This document shows, in pieces, positions 29,424 through 38,947 of a stretch of 64,000 nt of DNA. This DNA is from an uncultured bacterium (GTDB lineage: Bacteria; Omnitrophota; Omnitrophia; Omnitrophales; Aquincolibacteriaceae). Every line of letters starts with the position of its first letter. Within the stretch, counting starts at the first letter, position 1. Both the position numbers and the translations under genes were made by a program. The stretch is taken from NCBI GenBank assembly GCA_964385615.1, contig CAYLPP010000010.1:21565-85564 (forward strand), in the 5' to 3' direction. The notes beneath the pieces were generated by a model that saw only the letters and a program-made list of their open reading frames with translations, was not told where the DNA came from and searched no databases.

Positions 29424-31237
29424 TTCCCCCCGTCGGCCTGGAGAAAAATATTCTGAGAGTTTAAAAACGAAAGGAGTTTTTTGGCGTTTTTTGAAGCGGA
29501 ATCTTTTTCACTTAAATCCAAATCAACAATACTGCTGCGGAATTGATTGGGACCCACGTTTACGATAAAAATACCGGAACGGTCCGTGACTTCCTGAAGA
29601 AGATGAAGTTCCTCATCATTCAAATTACTGGCTGTTGCCAGCACAATCAGGCCGGCATCCATTAAAATGTGCCCGACTTCGCCCAAACGGCGGACGTGTT
29701 CACGGCGTTTGGATTTATGCCCTTCAATATCCGCGTCTAACCCGCGAAGAAGATTTCCAATACCCAGAAAATAGGTTTTAGCTCCATTTTCAAAAAGAGT
29801 TTTTTCTACTTCCTTAGCGATCGTCTTTTTATCGACTCCCACTTTACCGGTCAAAAGAACCAGCTTGGGCTGGTGACCATACTTAGCCTCCCGCACCTTG
29901 GGTTCGACAACGCTGAAATCCCATTTCATTTCGCGTTCGTGCACCTGCTCGCGAACATCCGCCTGGTCATCGCGCACCAAAGCGGAAATAATTCCTCCGC
30001 CGGCAATATCGTATTGGTCTACGATCACAAACCGGCCCGTAGCTTCAATCGCATCCGCCGTATCAAAAGCAAGCGGGCGGGCGCATTCAAGCACGCACTG
30101 GGCAACATCATGACGCTCAATGATTTTCTTCTCAGCCTTCTTCAGGTCAGAAGCATCAATGATCTTTTTGATGGTTTTTAAATAAACAGGAACGGCAGCG
30201 CTTCCAATCTTGAGTTTGTATTCCTTGTCCTGAACCATTGGACTCTTGCCCATCCAGAAGATCTCAACCTGAATCAGCGGACCAACCAACGGCTGGGTTT
30301 CCTCCAGCTTGCACATAATATCGCCACGCTGAATATAAATCTGTTCTTTCAGGGTGAATCCAGCGCAATACCCGGCAACCATTTTTTTAGGTGACGGAGC
30401 ATTGAAAATTTCGATACTTTTAATTTCAGTCCGCTTGTTGGATGGCAGGAAGACGACCTTATCACCGACAGCAATGGTTCCCGCTTCAATCTTACCTGCC
30501 ACGATACGGCGGTCATCCCCCTCTTCCGTAAACTTGTAAACACCCTGCACCGGAAGACGAAAAGGTTTTTGCGCCAAGTCCGGAGCTTTTTCAAACAAGT
30601 CCAGAACCTCGAGCACGGATGGGCCTTTAAACCAGGAAAGATTTTTAGAGCTTTCGATCAGATTTTCACCGTGCATCGCGGCGAGCGGAATAAAAAACTT
30701 AGGCTCGACGCCGATCTGCTTCAGAAACTTGCGGTATTCAATCTGAATATCGTTAAAAGCTTTTTCGCTGTAATTAACCAAATCCATTTTGTTAACACAA
30801 ACCGCGATCTGGCGGATGCCAAGCATGGAAAGCAGGTAGCCGTGACGTTTAGAATTTTCCTGCACGCCTTCTTTAGCGTCAATAATCAAAAGAGCGGCTT
30901 CAGCTCGCGCGGCACCGCTAACCATGTTTTTCAGAAATTCAATGTGTCCGGGAGCATCGATAATAATGTATTCGCGTTTCTTGCTTTTAAAAAAGCAGCG
31001 GGCTGAATCAATCGTGATTCCCTGAGCTTTTTCATCTTTAAGAGCATCGAGAAGGAAAGCGTATTCGAAGGGTTTGGAATTGCGTTTGCACTCAGCGCGA
31101 ACCTGATCCAGCTTACCCTGAGGAAGCGAACCTGTATCCGCGAGCAAACGGCCAATGACCGTGCTTTTGCCATGGTCCACATGACCCACGATCACAATAT
31201 TCATTTTTAGGTCATTTTTTTCAGCCGTCTTAGACAT
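29420..31237 (-). CDS. cysN: Sulfate adenylyltransferase subunit 1 (CysN GTPase) fused to a C-terminal APS-kinase-like domain with degenerate catalytic motifs
   Basis: N-terminal GHVDHGKST / DAPGH / NKMD GTPase motifs. The C-terminal roughly 175 aa align to CysC ([22 protein letters not shown] versus [22 protein letters not shown]). The P-loop reads GKVGVDKKT instead of GLSGSGKST, and the LDGD motif is LGIG. Confidence 0.8.
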   Translation of the reverse strand: MSKTAEKNDLKMNIVIVGHVDHGKSTVIGRLLADTGSLPQGKLDQVRAECKRNSKPFEYAFLLDALKDEKAQGITIDSARCFFKSKKREYIIIDAPGHIEFLKNMVSGAARAEAALLIIDAKEGVQENSKRHGYLLSMLGIRQIAVCVNKMDLVNYSEKAFNDIQIEYRKFLKQIGVEPKFFIPLAAMHGENLIESSKNLSWFKGPSVLEVLDLFEKAPDLAQKPFRLPVQGVYKFTEEGDDRRIVAGKIEAGTIAVGDKVVFLPSNKRTEIKSIEIFNAPSPKKMVAGYCAGFTLKEQIYIQRGDIMCKLEETQPLVGPLIQVEIFWMGKSPMVQDKEYKLKIGSAAVPVYLKTIKKIIDASDLKKAEKKIIERHDVAQCVLECARPLAFDTADAIEATGRFVIVDQYDIAGGGIISALVRDDQADVREQVHEREMKWDFSVVEPKVREAKYGHQPKLVLLTGKVGVDKKTIAKEVEKTLFENGAKTYFLGIGNLLRGLDADIEGHKSKRREHVRRLGEVGHILMDAGLIVLATASNLNDEELHLLQEVTDRSGIFIVNVGPNQFRSSIVDLDLSEKDSASKNAKKLLSFLNSQNIFLQADGGK

Positions 31238-32112
31238 TACATGTATCCTTCTTTACGAAGAGTCTCAAGACCGCCGTCTTCAGCATCCTGCGCGCGGCCG
31301 GCACGCTCAGCAATGTTCGCAAATTTACCGGTCTTAAGTTCTTGAATAATCTCTTTAATATTTTTTGCCGTGGATTCCACTGAGGAAGTGCACGGGTAAC
31401 AGCCCAGGGAACGGTAACGTCTACCGGTACCTTGATCGAAATAAAGAGGAACTACCGGAATGTTTTCCGCATCGATATATTCCCAAATATCGAGCTCCGT
31501 CCAATCAAGCAAAGGATGAACCCGGATATGCGTTCCTGGCGCGAAATCCGTTTTGAACTGGTTCCAGAGTTCAGGCGGCTGATCGCCGATATTCCAGTCA
31601 TTGCGTTTATCGCGAGGAGAAAAATAGCGTTCTTTTGACCGGCTGCCTTCTTCATCGGAGCGCACGCCGACGATCACGCCGGTATAAGGTTCTTTATTTT
31701 CATCAACAACGTATTTTTTAAGCTCATGATCCATACGGTAACGCGTCCACTCGCCAGAAAGGGTTTTACGAAGAGCTTCCGTCTTTAAAGTTTTGCAGCA
31801 GCTGAGGCGATCGAGATTACCATCCGGATAGGTACGCTTTTCTCTAAGCGCATCCACGTTTTGTCCGTAAACCATGTTCAGCTTCCATTCCAGAGCGAGC
31901 CGGTCACGGTACTGAATCATTTCCGGGATCTTGTAGGCTGTATCAATATGAACAAGGGGAAAGGGCACGTGGCCGAAAAACGCCTTGCGGGCCAGCCAGA
32001 GTAGAACAGTGCTGTCTTTGCCGATCGACCAGAGCATCGCCAGGTTTTTAAAGTTGGCGTAGGCCTCGCGCAAAATATAAACGGATTGAGCTTCAATCTT
32101 TTCGAGATGTGT
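31237..32112 (-). CDS. cysD: Sulfate adenylyltransferase subunit 2
   Basis: [46 protein letters not shown] aligns to the E. coli CysD N-terminus. The ORF track extends it to a TTG at 32157. The stop overlaps the cysN start. Confidence 0.85.
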   Translation of the reverse strand, partial: THLEKIEAQSVYILREAYANFKNLAMLWSIGKDSTVLLWLARKAFFGHVPFPLVHIDTAYKIPEMIQYRDRLALEWKLNMVYGQNVDALREKRTYPDGNLDRLSCCKTLKTEALRKTLSGEWTRYRMDHELKKYVVDENKEPYTGVIVGVRSDEEGSRSKERYFSPRDKRNDWNIGDQPPELWNQFKTDFAPGTHIRVHPLLDWTELDIWEYIDAENIPVVPLYFDQGTGRRYRSLGCYPCTSSVESTAKNIKEIIQELKTGKFANIAERAGRAQDAEDGGLETLRKEGYM

Positions 32113-32204
32113 CATAAATGAAGAGTCCGTATTATAGCACAACTCCTGAATTTGCAAAGAGTTGTAATCATGAATCCCTATTGATGCGGTAGGGATTTAT
32201 CCGG

Positions 32205-32921
32205 CTAGATTTTTCGGGATTCGAAGTGAAAAACCTGTCCCGTGACCCCTTTCATGGCGTCTGAAGACAGATAAACCAGAAAATCCGCGACTTCTTCGGG
32301 GTCGGAAATCCGGCCAAGAGGGCTGGCTTCGGTCTGGTTGAGCAAGACCTGCTCAGGAAGATTTTCAGTCATAGAGGATTTCATGAACCCCGGATTGACC
32401 GCATTGACTAGAATGCTTTTTTTACCAAGTTCCTGGGCTAGAGATTTCGTCAAACCAATCAGTCCGGCCTTGGCGGCAGAATAATTCGAAATTCCGACAC
32501 CGCCTTGAATCGCGGCACGGCTGGTAATCATTAAAATTTTGGCCGGAGGCTCTGCCCGAAAAAGAGACAGCAAAAGTTTTTTCGTCAGGTAATACGGAGC
32601 TTTTAAATCCACCGCCATGACGTGATCCCATTCCTCTTCCGTCATATTCTGCAGAGTGTGGTCACGCACCGCGGCCGCATTATGAATCAAAACATCCAGC
32701 GTTTTTATTTTTTCTTTGAAGGTCTTAACAAAAGCGTCAATAGCGGCGGTGTCGGCAAGATTAAGGGGAAAGCCTTCCGCTCCGCTTTTTTGAAGCTCTT
32801 GTGCCTCAGTAAGATTTTGATGGTAGGTAAAAAAAACGCGGGCACCTGCCGCTGCCGCTTTTCGGACAAAGCAGCTTCCCAATCGGCTTGTGCCTCCCGT
32901 GATCAGGATATTTTTATTCAA
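32205..32921 (-). CDS. Short-chain dehydrogenase/reductase (FabG-like)
   Basis: TGGTSRLG Rossmann motif, NAA, and the YSAAKAG catalytic Tyr-x3-Lys; 238 aa. The start overlaps the bioB stop (ATGA). Confidence 0.75.
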   Translation of the reverse strand: MNKNILITGGTSRLGSCFVRKAAAAGARVFFTYHQNLTEAQELQKSGAEGFPLNLADTAAIDAFVKTFKEKIKTLDVLIHNAAAVRDHTLQNMTEEEWDHVMAVDLKAPYYLTKKLLLSLFRAEPPAKILMITSRAAIQGGVGISNYSAAKAGLIGLTKSLAQELGKKSILVNAVNPGFMKSSMTENLPEQVLLNQTEASPLGRISDPEEVADFLVYLSSDAMKGVTGQVFHFESRKI

Positions 32922-33943
32922 ACTTGCGCGGGATCTTTCTTGGAATCAGCCGCCGGGCGTTTTGCAGGTTCAAAGCCGGCGCGCTTCAGCATCTCAAAAT
33001 CGTCTTTCATAGGATTCGCAGAAGTCGTGAGATACCCGCCGACAATCAAACCATTCGCACCGCCCTTAAGCGACATTTCCTGGTATTGATTCCCCAAATT
33101 CACTTCCCGTCCTCCAGCCAGTTTAATGTTGGCTTTCGGATGGATAAACCGGTAAACGGCGATGGTTTTAACCATTTCCAGCGGATCGGGCGCCGGTACA
33201 TTTTCTAATGGCGTTCCAGGACGAGGGTTCAAGATATTCATCGGAAGACAATGAGGCGCGAAAGGCTTAAGTTCAAAAGCCAGTTTCACGCGGTCTTCAC
33301 GGGTTTCTCCCATGCCAAGAATTCCTCCGGAGCAAATTTCCATATTCCCGTCCTGAAGCATCTTCAAGGTTTCAAGTCTCTTATCATAAGTATGCGTGGT
33401 CACAATCTTAGGATAAAACTCGCGGGAACTCTGAAGGTTATCATTAAAACGGCGGACCCCCGTTTCCTTCAAGCGCTTCACCCGTTCTGGAGTCAAAAAT
33501 CCCAAAGACCCGTCTAAATTCATGGAGGTTTCCGCTTTTAGGCGCGTATAAATTTCGATGACCTGATCGAATTCTTTCTCAGACAATTCCCCGCCGCTGG
33601 TCACAACGCAGAAATTATGAGCACCTTTCTTTTCGAAATCCTTAGCCGCCGCGACCACTTCTTCGGTCGGCATCATCTGATAGCGGTTAACCCGGGTATC
33701 AAAACGCACGGACTGCGAACAAAAACCGCAATCTTCTCCGCAAAGATAACTCTTGGCGTTAATCAAAGAACAAAGTCCCGGCTCATTGGAGTTAAAATTA
33801 AAATTAATTTCCCGCGCCGCTTCCAAAAGCGGTTCCATGTCCGGCCCCGCCGGATCAATTTCGACGAGCTTCATCGCTTCTTCAAAAGAAACTTCTCCGC
33901 CGCCCAAAACTTTGTTTTTGAGTTCTTCGATCAAATTTTTCAT
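32918..33943 (-). CDS. bioB: Biotin synthase (radical SAM)
   Basis: CGEDCGFCSQS radical-SAM cluster motif. NDNLQSSREFYPKIVTTHTYDKRLETLKMLQDGNMEICSGGILGMGET aligns to E. coli BioB [47 protein letters not shown]. Confidence 0.8.
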   Translation of the reverse strand: MKNLIEELKNKVLGGGEVSFEEAMKLVEIDPAGPDMEPLLEAAREINFNFNSNEPGLCSLINAKSYLCGEDCGFCSQSVRFDTRVNRYQMMPTEEVVAAAKDFEKKGAHNFCVVTSGGELSEKEFDQVIEIYTRLKAETSMNLDGSLGFLTPERVKRLKETGVRRFNDNLQSSREFYPKIVTTHTYDKRLETLKMLQDGNMEICSGGILGMGETREDRVKLAFELKPFAPHCLPMNILNPRPGTPLENVPAPDPLEMVKTIAVYRFIHPKANIKLAGGREVNLGNQYQEMSLKGGANGLIVGGYLTTSANPMKDDFEMLKRAGFEPAKRPAADSKKDPAQV

Positions 33944-33950
33944 TTAATTT

Positions 33951-34193
33951 TCAGCCTTCAACAATATCCCCGATGACCGGATCCACACCCACGCCTTTTT
34001 CGCGCAAGCCTTTCTCGGCTTTGTCGATATCCGATTGGGCGCCTTCCAGTTCGATCGTGGCTTCACCCGCTTCATGCGAAATCTTGGCGCGGCGAATATT
34101 TAAGAGCAGGTTGTTGTCACGGGCCACCAGGTACATGATAGGCTCCTTGATCAATTTCTGAGGAAAAACGAGGTGGAACGCTTTTTTGGGCAT
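33951..34193 (-). CDS. Stand-alone NIL-domain (MetN C-terminal-like, ferredoxin-fold) protein
   Basis: About 80 aa resembling the C-terminal NIL domain of methionine-ABC ATPases (NNLLLNIRRAKI...GEATIELEG). The start is set at the internal Met to avoid overlap with the carrier gene. Confidence 0.45.
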   Translation of the reverse strand: MPKKAFHLVFPQKLIKEPIMYLVARDNNLLLNIRRAKISHEAGEATIELEGAQSDIDKAEKGLREKGVGVDPVIGDIVEG

Positions 34194-34194
34194 A

Positions 34195-34470
34195 TTACCC
34201 TCCGGCAATCGCGGGAACGATAGAAATCTGATCCCCGTCTTTCAGAGACGTTTCTTCCTGCTGAAGAAAGCGGATGTCTTCTTCGTTCAGGTAAACATTC
34301 ACGAACCGGCGAACTTTTCCGGTATCGTCGCAAAGGCGGTCCTTGATGCCTGGAAAATTTTTCTCGAGCTGATTGATCATGTCCTTGACGTTGCCGGCCT
34401 GGATATCAACTTCACCCTGATTATTGGTCAGTTTCTGAAGCGGTGTTGGAATTCTTACTTTAATCGCCAT
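34195..34470 (-). CDS. MoaD/ThiS/CysO-type sulfur-carrier protein ending in Gly-Gly
   Basis: 91 aa with a beta-grasp-sized ORF whose C-terminus is ...[10 protein letters not shown] followed by stop. It lies between the NIL protein and the PLP enzymes. Confidence 0.75.
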   Translation of the reverse strand: MAIKVRIPTPLQKLTNNQGEVDIQAGNVKDMINQLEKNFPGIKDRLCDDTGKVRRFVNVYLNEEDIRFLQQEETSLKDGDQISIVPAIAGG

Positions 34471-34500
34471 GAGATTTTCTCCCTTACTAAGATTTTTAAA

Positions 34501-35751
34501 TCAGACTTTAACAGCCGCGCCAGACCCCATAACCTTGCTGTCAAAAGAAGACAGATTCGGCTCAATAAGCGAGGGCTCGCCCACGCTGTCCTGGATCGCT
34601 TCCTGCGTTTTTAGACCATTTCCGGTAATCGCCAAAACGGTTGACCCGGTTTTCGGAATGACGCCCTGTTCAATCAGTTTCTTGGCGGTGGCTACGGTTA
34701 CTCCGCCGGCTGTTTCGGTGAAAATACCTTCAGTGCGCGCCAAAAGCTTGATGCCTTCCCGGATCTCATCATCTGAAACAATTCCGGCGGCGCCGCCGGA
34801 ATTTAAAATAACATCTTTCGCGTAATAACCATCGGCAGGATTGCCAATCGCGAGCGATTTGGCAATCGTTGAGGGTTTAACGGGCCGGATCACATCTGCT
34901 TTGGCTTGAATTGCGGTAGAAATCGGCGAACAGCCTTCAGGCTGAGCGCAGAAAACCTTGGTCTGCACTTTATTTTCGAGCAGGCCGAGTTTTTCAAATT
35001 CTTTTAAAGCTTTCCAGATTTTTGTGATTAAAGAACCGCTGGCAGCCGGAGCCACAATATGATCAGGGGCGCGCCAACCAAGCTGTTCAGCAATTTCAAA
35101 ACCCATAGTCTTGGAACCTTCAGCGTAATACGCGCGCAAATTAATATTCACAAAACCCCAACGGTACTTAGCCGCGATCTCAGCGCATAAACGGTTAACA
35201 TCGTCGTAGTTTCCGTTCACGGCGACCAGGTTCGGAGAATAAACAAGACTGGCGATAATCTTGGTTTTTTCCAACGTCGCCGGAATAAAAATGTAGCGCT
35301 TGAAACCCGCCCATGCCGCATTGGCGGCAACCGAATTCGCTAAATTGCCGGTTGAAGCGCAAGCAACCGTATCAAAACCCAATTCCCGGGCGCGGGACAA
35401 AGCGACTGCCACAACACGGTCTTTAAACGACCAGGTTGGATGGCATACAGAATCATCCTTAATATAGAGTTCTTTAACCCCAAGCTCACGGGCAAGCACA
35501 TCCGCTTTAACCAGCGGAGTAAACCCAGAATAAAAACCAGCGCTGGGCTCTCCGTCGATCGGCAGTAATTCACGGTAACGCCACAAACTTTTCGGACCCT
35601 TAAGAATTTTATCCCGGGTCAAAGTTTTTTTTATGCCGTCATAATCGTAAACCGCCTCAAGAGATCCAAAGCAGTACTCACAGACATAGAGCGCCTGCTT
35701 GGGAAATTCGCGGCCGCATTCACGGCATTTTAACGCTTTCAAGAAAGACAT
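34501..35751 (-). CDS. Threonine-synthase-family PLP enzyme with an N-terminal Cys4 zinc ribbon (candidate carrier-protein-dependent homocysteine synthase, or cysteate synthase)
   Basis: CRECG...CEYC ribbon, SFKDR PLP-lysine motif, and a ThrC-like fold over 416 aa. Its neighbours are the GG carrier and the APS/PAPS reductase. Confidence 0.6.
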   Translation of the reverse strand: MSFLKALKCRECGREFPKQALYVCEYCFGSLEAVYDYDGIKKTLTRDKILKGPKSLWRYRELLPIDGEPSAGFYSGFTPLVKADVLARELGVKELYIKDDSVCHPTWSFKDRVVAVALSRARELGFDTVACASTGNLANSVAANAAWAGFKRYIFIPATLEKTKIIASLVYSPNLVAVNGNYDDVNRLCAEIAAKYRWGFVNINLRAYYAEGSKTMGFEIAEQLGWRAPDHIVAPAASGSLITKIWKALKEFEKLGLLENKVQTKVFCAQPEGCSPISTAIQAKADVIRPVKPSTIAKSLAIGNPADGYYAKDVILNSGGAAGIVSDDEIREGIKLLARTEGIFTETAGGVTVATAKKLIEQGVIPKTGSTVLAITGNGLKTQEAIQDSVGEPSLIEPNLSSFDSKVMGSGAAVKV

Positions 35752-35765
35752 TTATCTCACCTTTT

Positions 35766-36722
35766 TTAGACTTTGAAGGCCTCATCCATGCTGAGATACC
35801 GTTCGCCGGTATCACAAATCACGGTGACCACATTTTTACCAGGACCAAGCTCACGGGCCAGTTGAAGCGCCGCCCATACGTTGGCACCCGCTGAAATACC
35901 GCACAGAAGCCCTTCTTTTGAAGCAAGCTCCATGGAAGTTTTCCAAGCATCCTGATCTTCAACCTGAATAACTTGATCGATCACATTACGGTTTAGAACT
36001 TCCGGAACAAAACCCGCGCCGATGCCCTGAATTTTATGTTTCCCCGGAGCACCTCCGGAAAGAACAGGCGAGGTTTTCGGCTCCACAGCAACGACTTTAA
36101 TAGCCGCGTTTTTCTTTTTGAATACTTCCCCGCAGCCTGTCACGGTTCCGCCGGTACCCACGCCAGCGACAAAACCATCCACTTTCCCATCCAGGGCTTC
36201 CCAGATTTCTTCAGCCGTGGTTTCACGGTGAATTTTAGGGTTGGCCGGATTGGCAAACTGCTGCGGAATAAAACTGTTTTTATTCTGTTCGGCAATTTCT
36301 TTAGCCTTGGCAATCGCGCCTTTCATGCCTTCCGCGCCCGGCGTCAGCACAAGCTCGGCTCCGTACCGCTTCAAAAGCTGACGGCGCTCCACGCTCATTG
36401 TTTCCGGCATAGTCAAAATCAAACGGTACCCTTTCACGGCGCAAACCAGCGCGAGACCAATTCCGGTATTGCCTGATGTAGGCTCTACAATGACCGTGTC
36501 TTTATTAATCAGCTTTTTTTCTTCCGCGTCCCGAATCATGCTTAAACAAATCCGGTCCTTAACGCTTCCCCCCGGATTAAAAGATTCCAGTTTTCCATAA
36601 ACCGCGGCCATTTGCGGATTCGCTAATTTATTGATGCGAACTAACGGAGTGTTACAGATCAACTCAAGCATATTAGAGGCTAATGCGGGCTTGCTGTGCT
36701 TCACGGTCGTCGTCATAATCAT
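35766..36722 (-). CDS. cysK: Cysteine synthase (O-acetylserine/O-phosphoserine sulfhydrylase; CysK/CysM family)
   Basis: SVKDR PLP lysine, [10 protein letters not shown] and GIGAGFVP motifs; 318 aa. Confidence 0.8.
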   Translation of the reverse strand: MIMTTTVKHSKPALASNMLELICNTPLVRINKLANPQMAAVYGKLESFNPGGSVKDRICLSMIRDAEEKKLINKDTVIVEPTSGNTGIGLALVCAVKGYRLILTMPETMSVERRQLLKRYGAELVLTPGAEGMKGAIAKAKEIAEQNKNSFIPQQFANPANPKIHRETTAEEIWEALDGKVDGFVAGVGTGGTVTGCGEVFKKKNAAIKVVAVEPKTSPVLSGGAPGKHKIQGIGAGFVPEVLNRNVIDQVIQVEDQDAWKTSMELASKEGLLCGISAGANVWAALQLARELGPGKNVVTVICDTGERYLSMDEAFKV

Positions 36723-36730
36723 CTCCCTCG

Positions 36731-37489
36731 TTAAATATTTTCCGAATACCCGGCCTGGTCTTCTTTGGGTTCGGACATTTCTTTGGGTTTTACTTCTTTA
36801 AATGTGTGGATACCGCATTCCTTTTTACTCAACCCTGCCCAGCGCCCTGAACGCTCATCATCCCCGGCCTGAATGGGTTTGGTGCACGGCCAGCAGCCAA
36901 TACTTAAATACCCTTTTTCAAAAAGAGGGTGCTGAGGAATCTGGTGTTCCTTTAAATACCACCAGGCGTCGCGGGACGTAAAATTAGCCAGCGGGCTGAC
37001 TTTATAAAGACCGCCCTCATATTCTTCAAGAATCCGGATAGACTTCCTAAAGTCGGTTTGATGCCTGCGGATTCCGCTCATCCAGGCGTCATAATTTTTA
37101 AGCGCTTCGTCCAGAGGTTCAACTTTATTGATCTGACAGCACAAGTCCGGATTTTTCTCGTAAGGGACGCCGTCATAGCGCTTCACAACTTCCGCTTTCT
37201 TGGCCGGATCCGCCTTCAAATCGAGAACCTGGGTCAGGCCAAACATCTGCACCAGCCTGTTTTTGTATTCGAGCGTCTCAGGAAAATGATATCCGGTTTC
37301 CAAAAAAAGAACAGGAATATTTGGGTTGATCCGGCTAGCCATATGAAGCAGAACACCGCTTTCCGGCCCGAAGGAAGAAGTCATGGCAAAACGCGGGAAT
37401 TCTTTCACCGCCCAGGCAATAATCTCCTGCGGTTTTTTATTTTCAAAATCATCGTTAAATTTTTCAAGATCTATTTTGCTGATCAACAC
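36731..37489 (-). CDS. cysH: Adenylylsulfate/phosphoadenylylsulfate reductase, Fe-S-containing type
   Basis: PAPS_reduct fold with the CC pair ([10 protein letters not shown]) and CxxC (SIGCWPC) that ligate the [4Fe-4S] cluster of APS-reductase-type enzymes. Confidence 0.8.
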   Translation of the reverse strand: MLISKIDLEKFNDDFENKKPQEIIAWAVKEFPRFAMTSSFGPESGVLLHMASRINPNIPVLFLETGYHFPETLEYKNRLVQMFGLTQVLDLKADPAKKAEVVKRYDGVPYEKNPDLCCQINKVEPLDEALKNYDAWMSGIRRHQTDFRKSIRILEEYEGGLYKVSPLANFTSRDAWWYLKEHQIPQHPLFEKGYLSIGCWPCTKPIQAGDDERSGRWAGLSKKECGIHTFKEVKPKEMSEPKEDQAGYSENI

Positions 37490-37497
37490 GGTTCCTT

Positions 37498-38367
37498 TTA
37501 GGCGGCAATGCGGCCGCGTAAACGCTCAACCATTTCATAACCCATCTGAATACCGTAACTGCCAAGATCCACGCCAGGTTTTTGCGTGCCGTGAAAATCG
37601 CTCCCGGCAGTTACAACCAAGTTATAGCGCTTGGCTATTTTTAGATAAACGCCCTGCTCTTCCATGTTCTGACAACTGTTATAAACTTCGATGCCGGCTA
37701 AACCGTATCCGGCCAGTTTTTCAATTTCACGGTCCAACTCACCGTCATTCAATTTCATTTGCTTCGGGTGAGCCACAGAAGCAACCCCGCCCGCTTTTTG
37801 AATTAATTCAATCGCTTCCCGGGCTTCAATGCGTCTTTTGTCAATATAAGCCGGCCGGCCTTTCGCCAGATACTTTTCAAAGGCTTCCCGGGCATCTTTA
37901 ACAACACCCTTTTTAACCAGAACTTTGGCAAAATGCGGGCGCCCGATCTGTTTAAGGTTTTCCGGCACTTCTTTCGAAGCCCCCGAAAAAGCTTCTTCAA
38001 GAACTTCCTTCATAGTAATTTCAATTCCCGACTCATTGAGTTTTCGAATGATGCCGGGATTTCTTTCACGCCGGGCGATCTGAATTTCTTCCAGTTTCCG
38101 CTTTAAATCCGGATGATTACGATCCAGAAAATAACCCAACACATGCAGTGTTCCGGGTTCAAAAACGGCGCTGAGCTCAATCCCCGGGACAAGCTCAATC
38201 CCTAATTTTTCAGCTTCCCGCGCACACGGTTCGTAACTCGACATCGTGTCATGATCTGTAACCGAAACACACGCCAGTTTTTTTTCCGCGCAATAGCGCA
38301 TCAACGCTTCCGGAGAGTAGCTCCCGTCAGAGTGCGTGGTGTGCATATGAAAATCCACAATTTTCAT
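37498..38367 (-). CDS. PHP-family phosphoesterase (candidate 3'-phosphoadenosine-5'-phosphate phosphatase)
   Basis: MKIVDFHMHTTHSDGS... with a PHP-domain His/Asp pattern (HxH, DHD). The start is set at the internal Met so that it abuts the cysC stop. It sits between cysC and cysH. Confidence 0.6.
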   Translation of the reverse strand: MKIVDFHMHTTHSDGSYSPEALMRYCAEKKLACVSVTDHDTMSSYEPCAREAEKLGIELVPGIELSAVFEPGTLHVLGYFLDRNHPDLKRKLEEIQIARRERNPGIIRKLNESGIEITMKEVLEEAFSGASKEVPENLKQIGRPHFAKVLVKKGVVKDAREAFEKYLAKGRPAYIDKRRIEAREAIELIQKAGGVASVAHPKQMKLNDGELDREIEKLAGYGLAGIEVYNSCQNMEEQGVYLKIAKRYNLVVTAGSDFHGTQKPGVDLGSYGIQMGYEMVERLRGRIAA

Positions 38368-38368
38368 A

Positions 38369-38947
38369 TCAAGCTTTAAACTGAAGGTACCCCAGAGCTT
38401 CCAGGCGGCTGACAACTTTCGCTGCGGACTGTTCCGGCGTTTCATTTTCGGTTTCGCAGACAACTTCAGGATTCAAAGGTTCTTCATAGGGGTCATCCAC
38501 GCCAGTCATGCCTTTCAGCTCGCCGGCTTTGGCTTTTTCATAAAGACCCTTCACGTCACGTTTTTGACATTCCGCCAAAGAAGTTTTCACAAAAACCTCG
38601 ACAAAATTTCCAATCATACGCCGGGCTTGATCCCGCGTTTCACGGTAAGGGGAAATGGCGGAGGAAACCGCCAAAACATCATTGCGGGTCAAAAGTTGGC
38701 AAACAAAAGCCAAGCGTTTGACATTTGTGTCCCGGTCTTCTCGGGAGAAACCCAAACCCTTGGTTAAATGAGTGCGAATCACGTCACCATCCAGCAACTC
38801 TGTTTTAAGACCCCACTTGCGGAATTGTCTCTCAAGAAGCCGGGCAATGGTGGATTTGCCGGAACTAGGCAGGCCGGTAAACCAAACCGTGACCCCCCGG
38901 GTCAGGCTGGCTTGATCACGTTTTAAGATGGCTGTATCAGTTGTCAT
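38369..38947 (-). CDS. cysC: Adenylylsulfate kinase
   Basis: VWFTGLPSSGKSTIARLL P-loop and the LDGDVIR motif; 192 aa. Confidence 0.88.
   Translation of the reverse strand: MTTDTAILKRDQASLTRGVTVWFTGLPSSGKSTIARLLERQFRKWGLKTELLDGDVIRTHLTKGLGFSREDRDTNVKRLAFVCQLLTRNDVLAVSSAISPYRETRDQARRMIGNFVEVFVKTSLAECQKRDVKGLYEKAKAGELKGMTGVDDPYEEPLNPEVVCETENETPEQSAAKVVSRLEALGYLQFKA

Noticed and set aside
32131-32157. TTGCAA-N15-TATAAT promoter-like hexamers just upstream of cysD
   Set aside because: The spacer is too short, at 15 nt. The TATAAT lies only 18 nt from the ATG I favour for cysD. It lies inside the coding sequence if the TTG start used by the ORF track is real. The nearby 8-bp hairpin at 32173-32197 has no U-tract.
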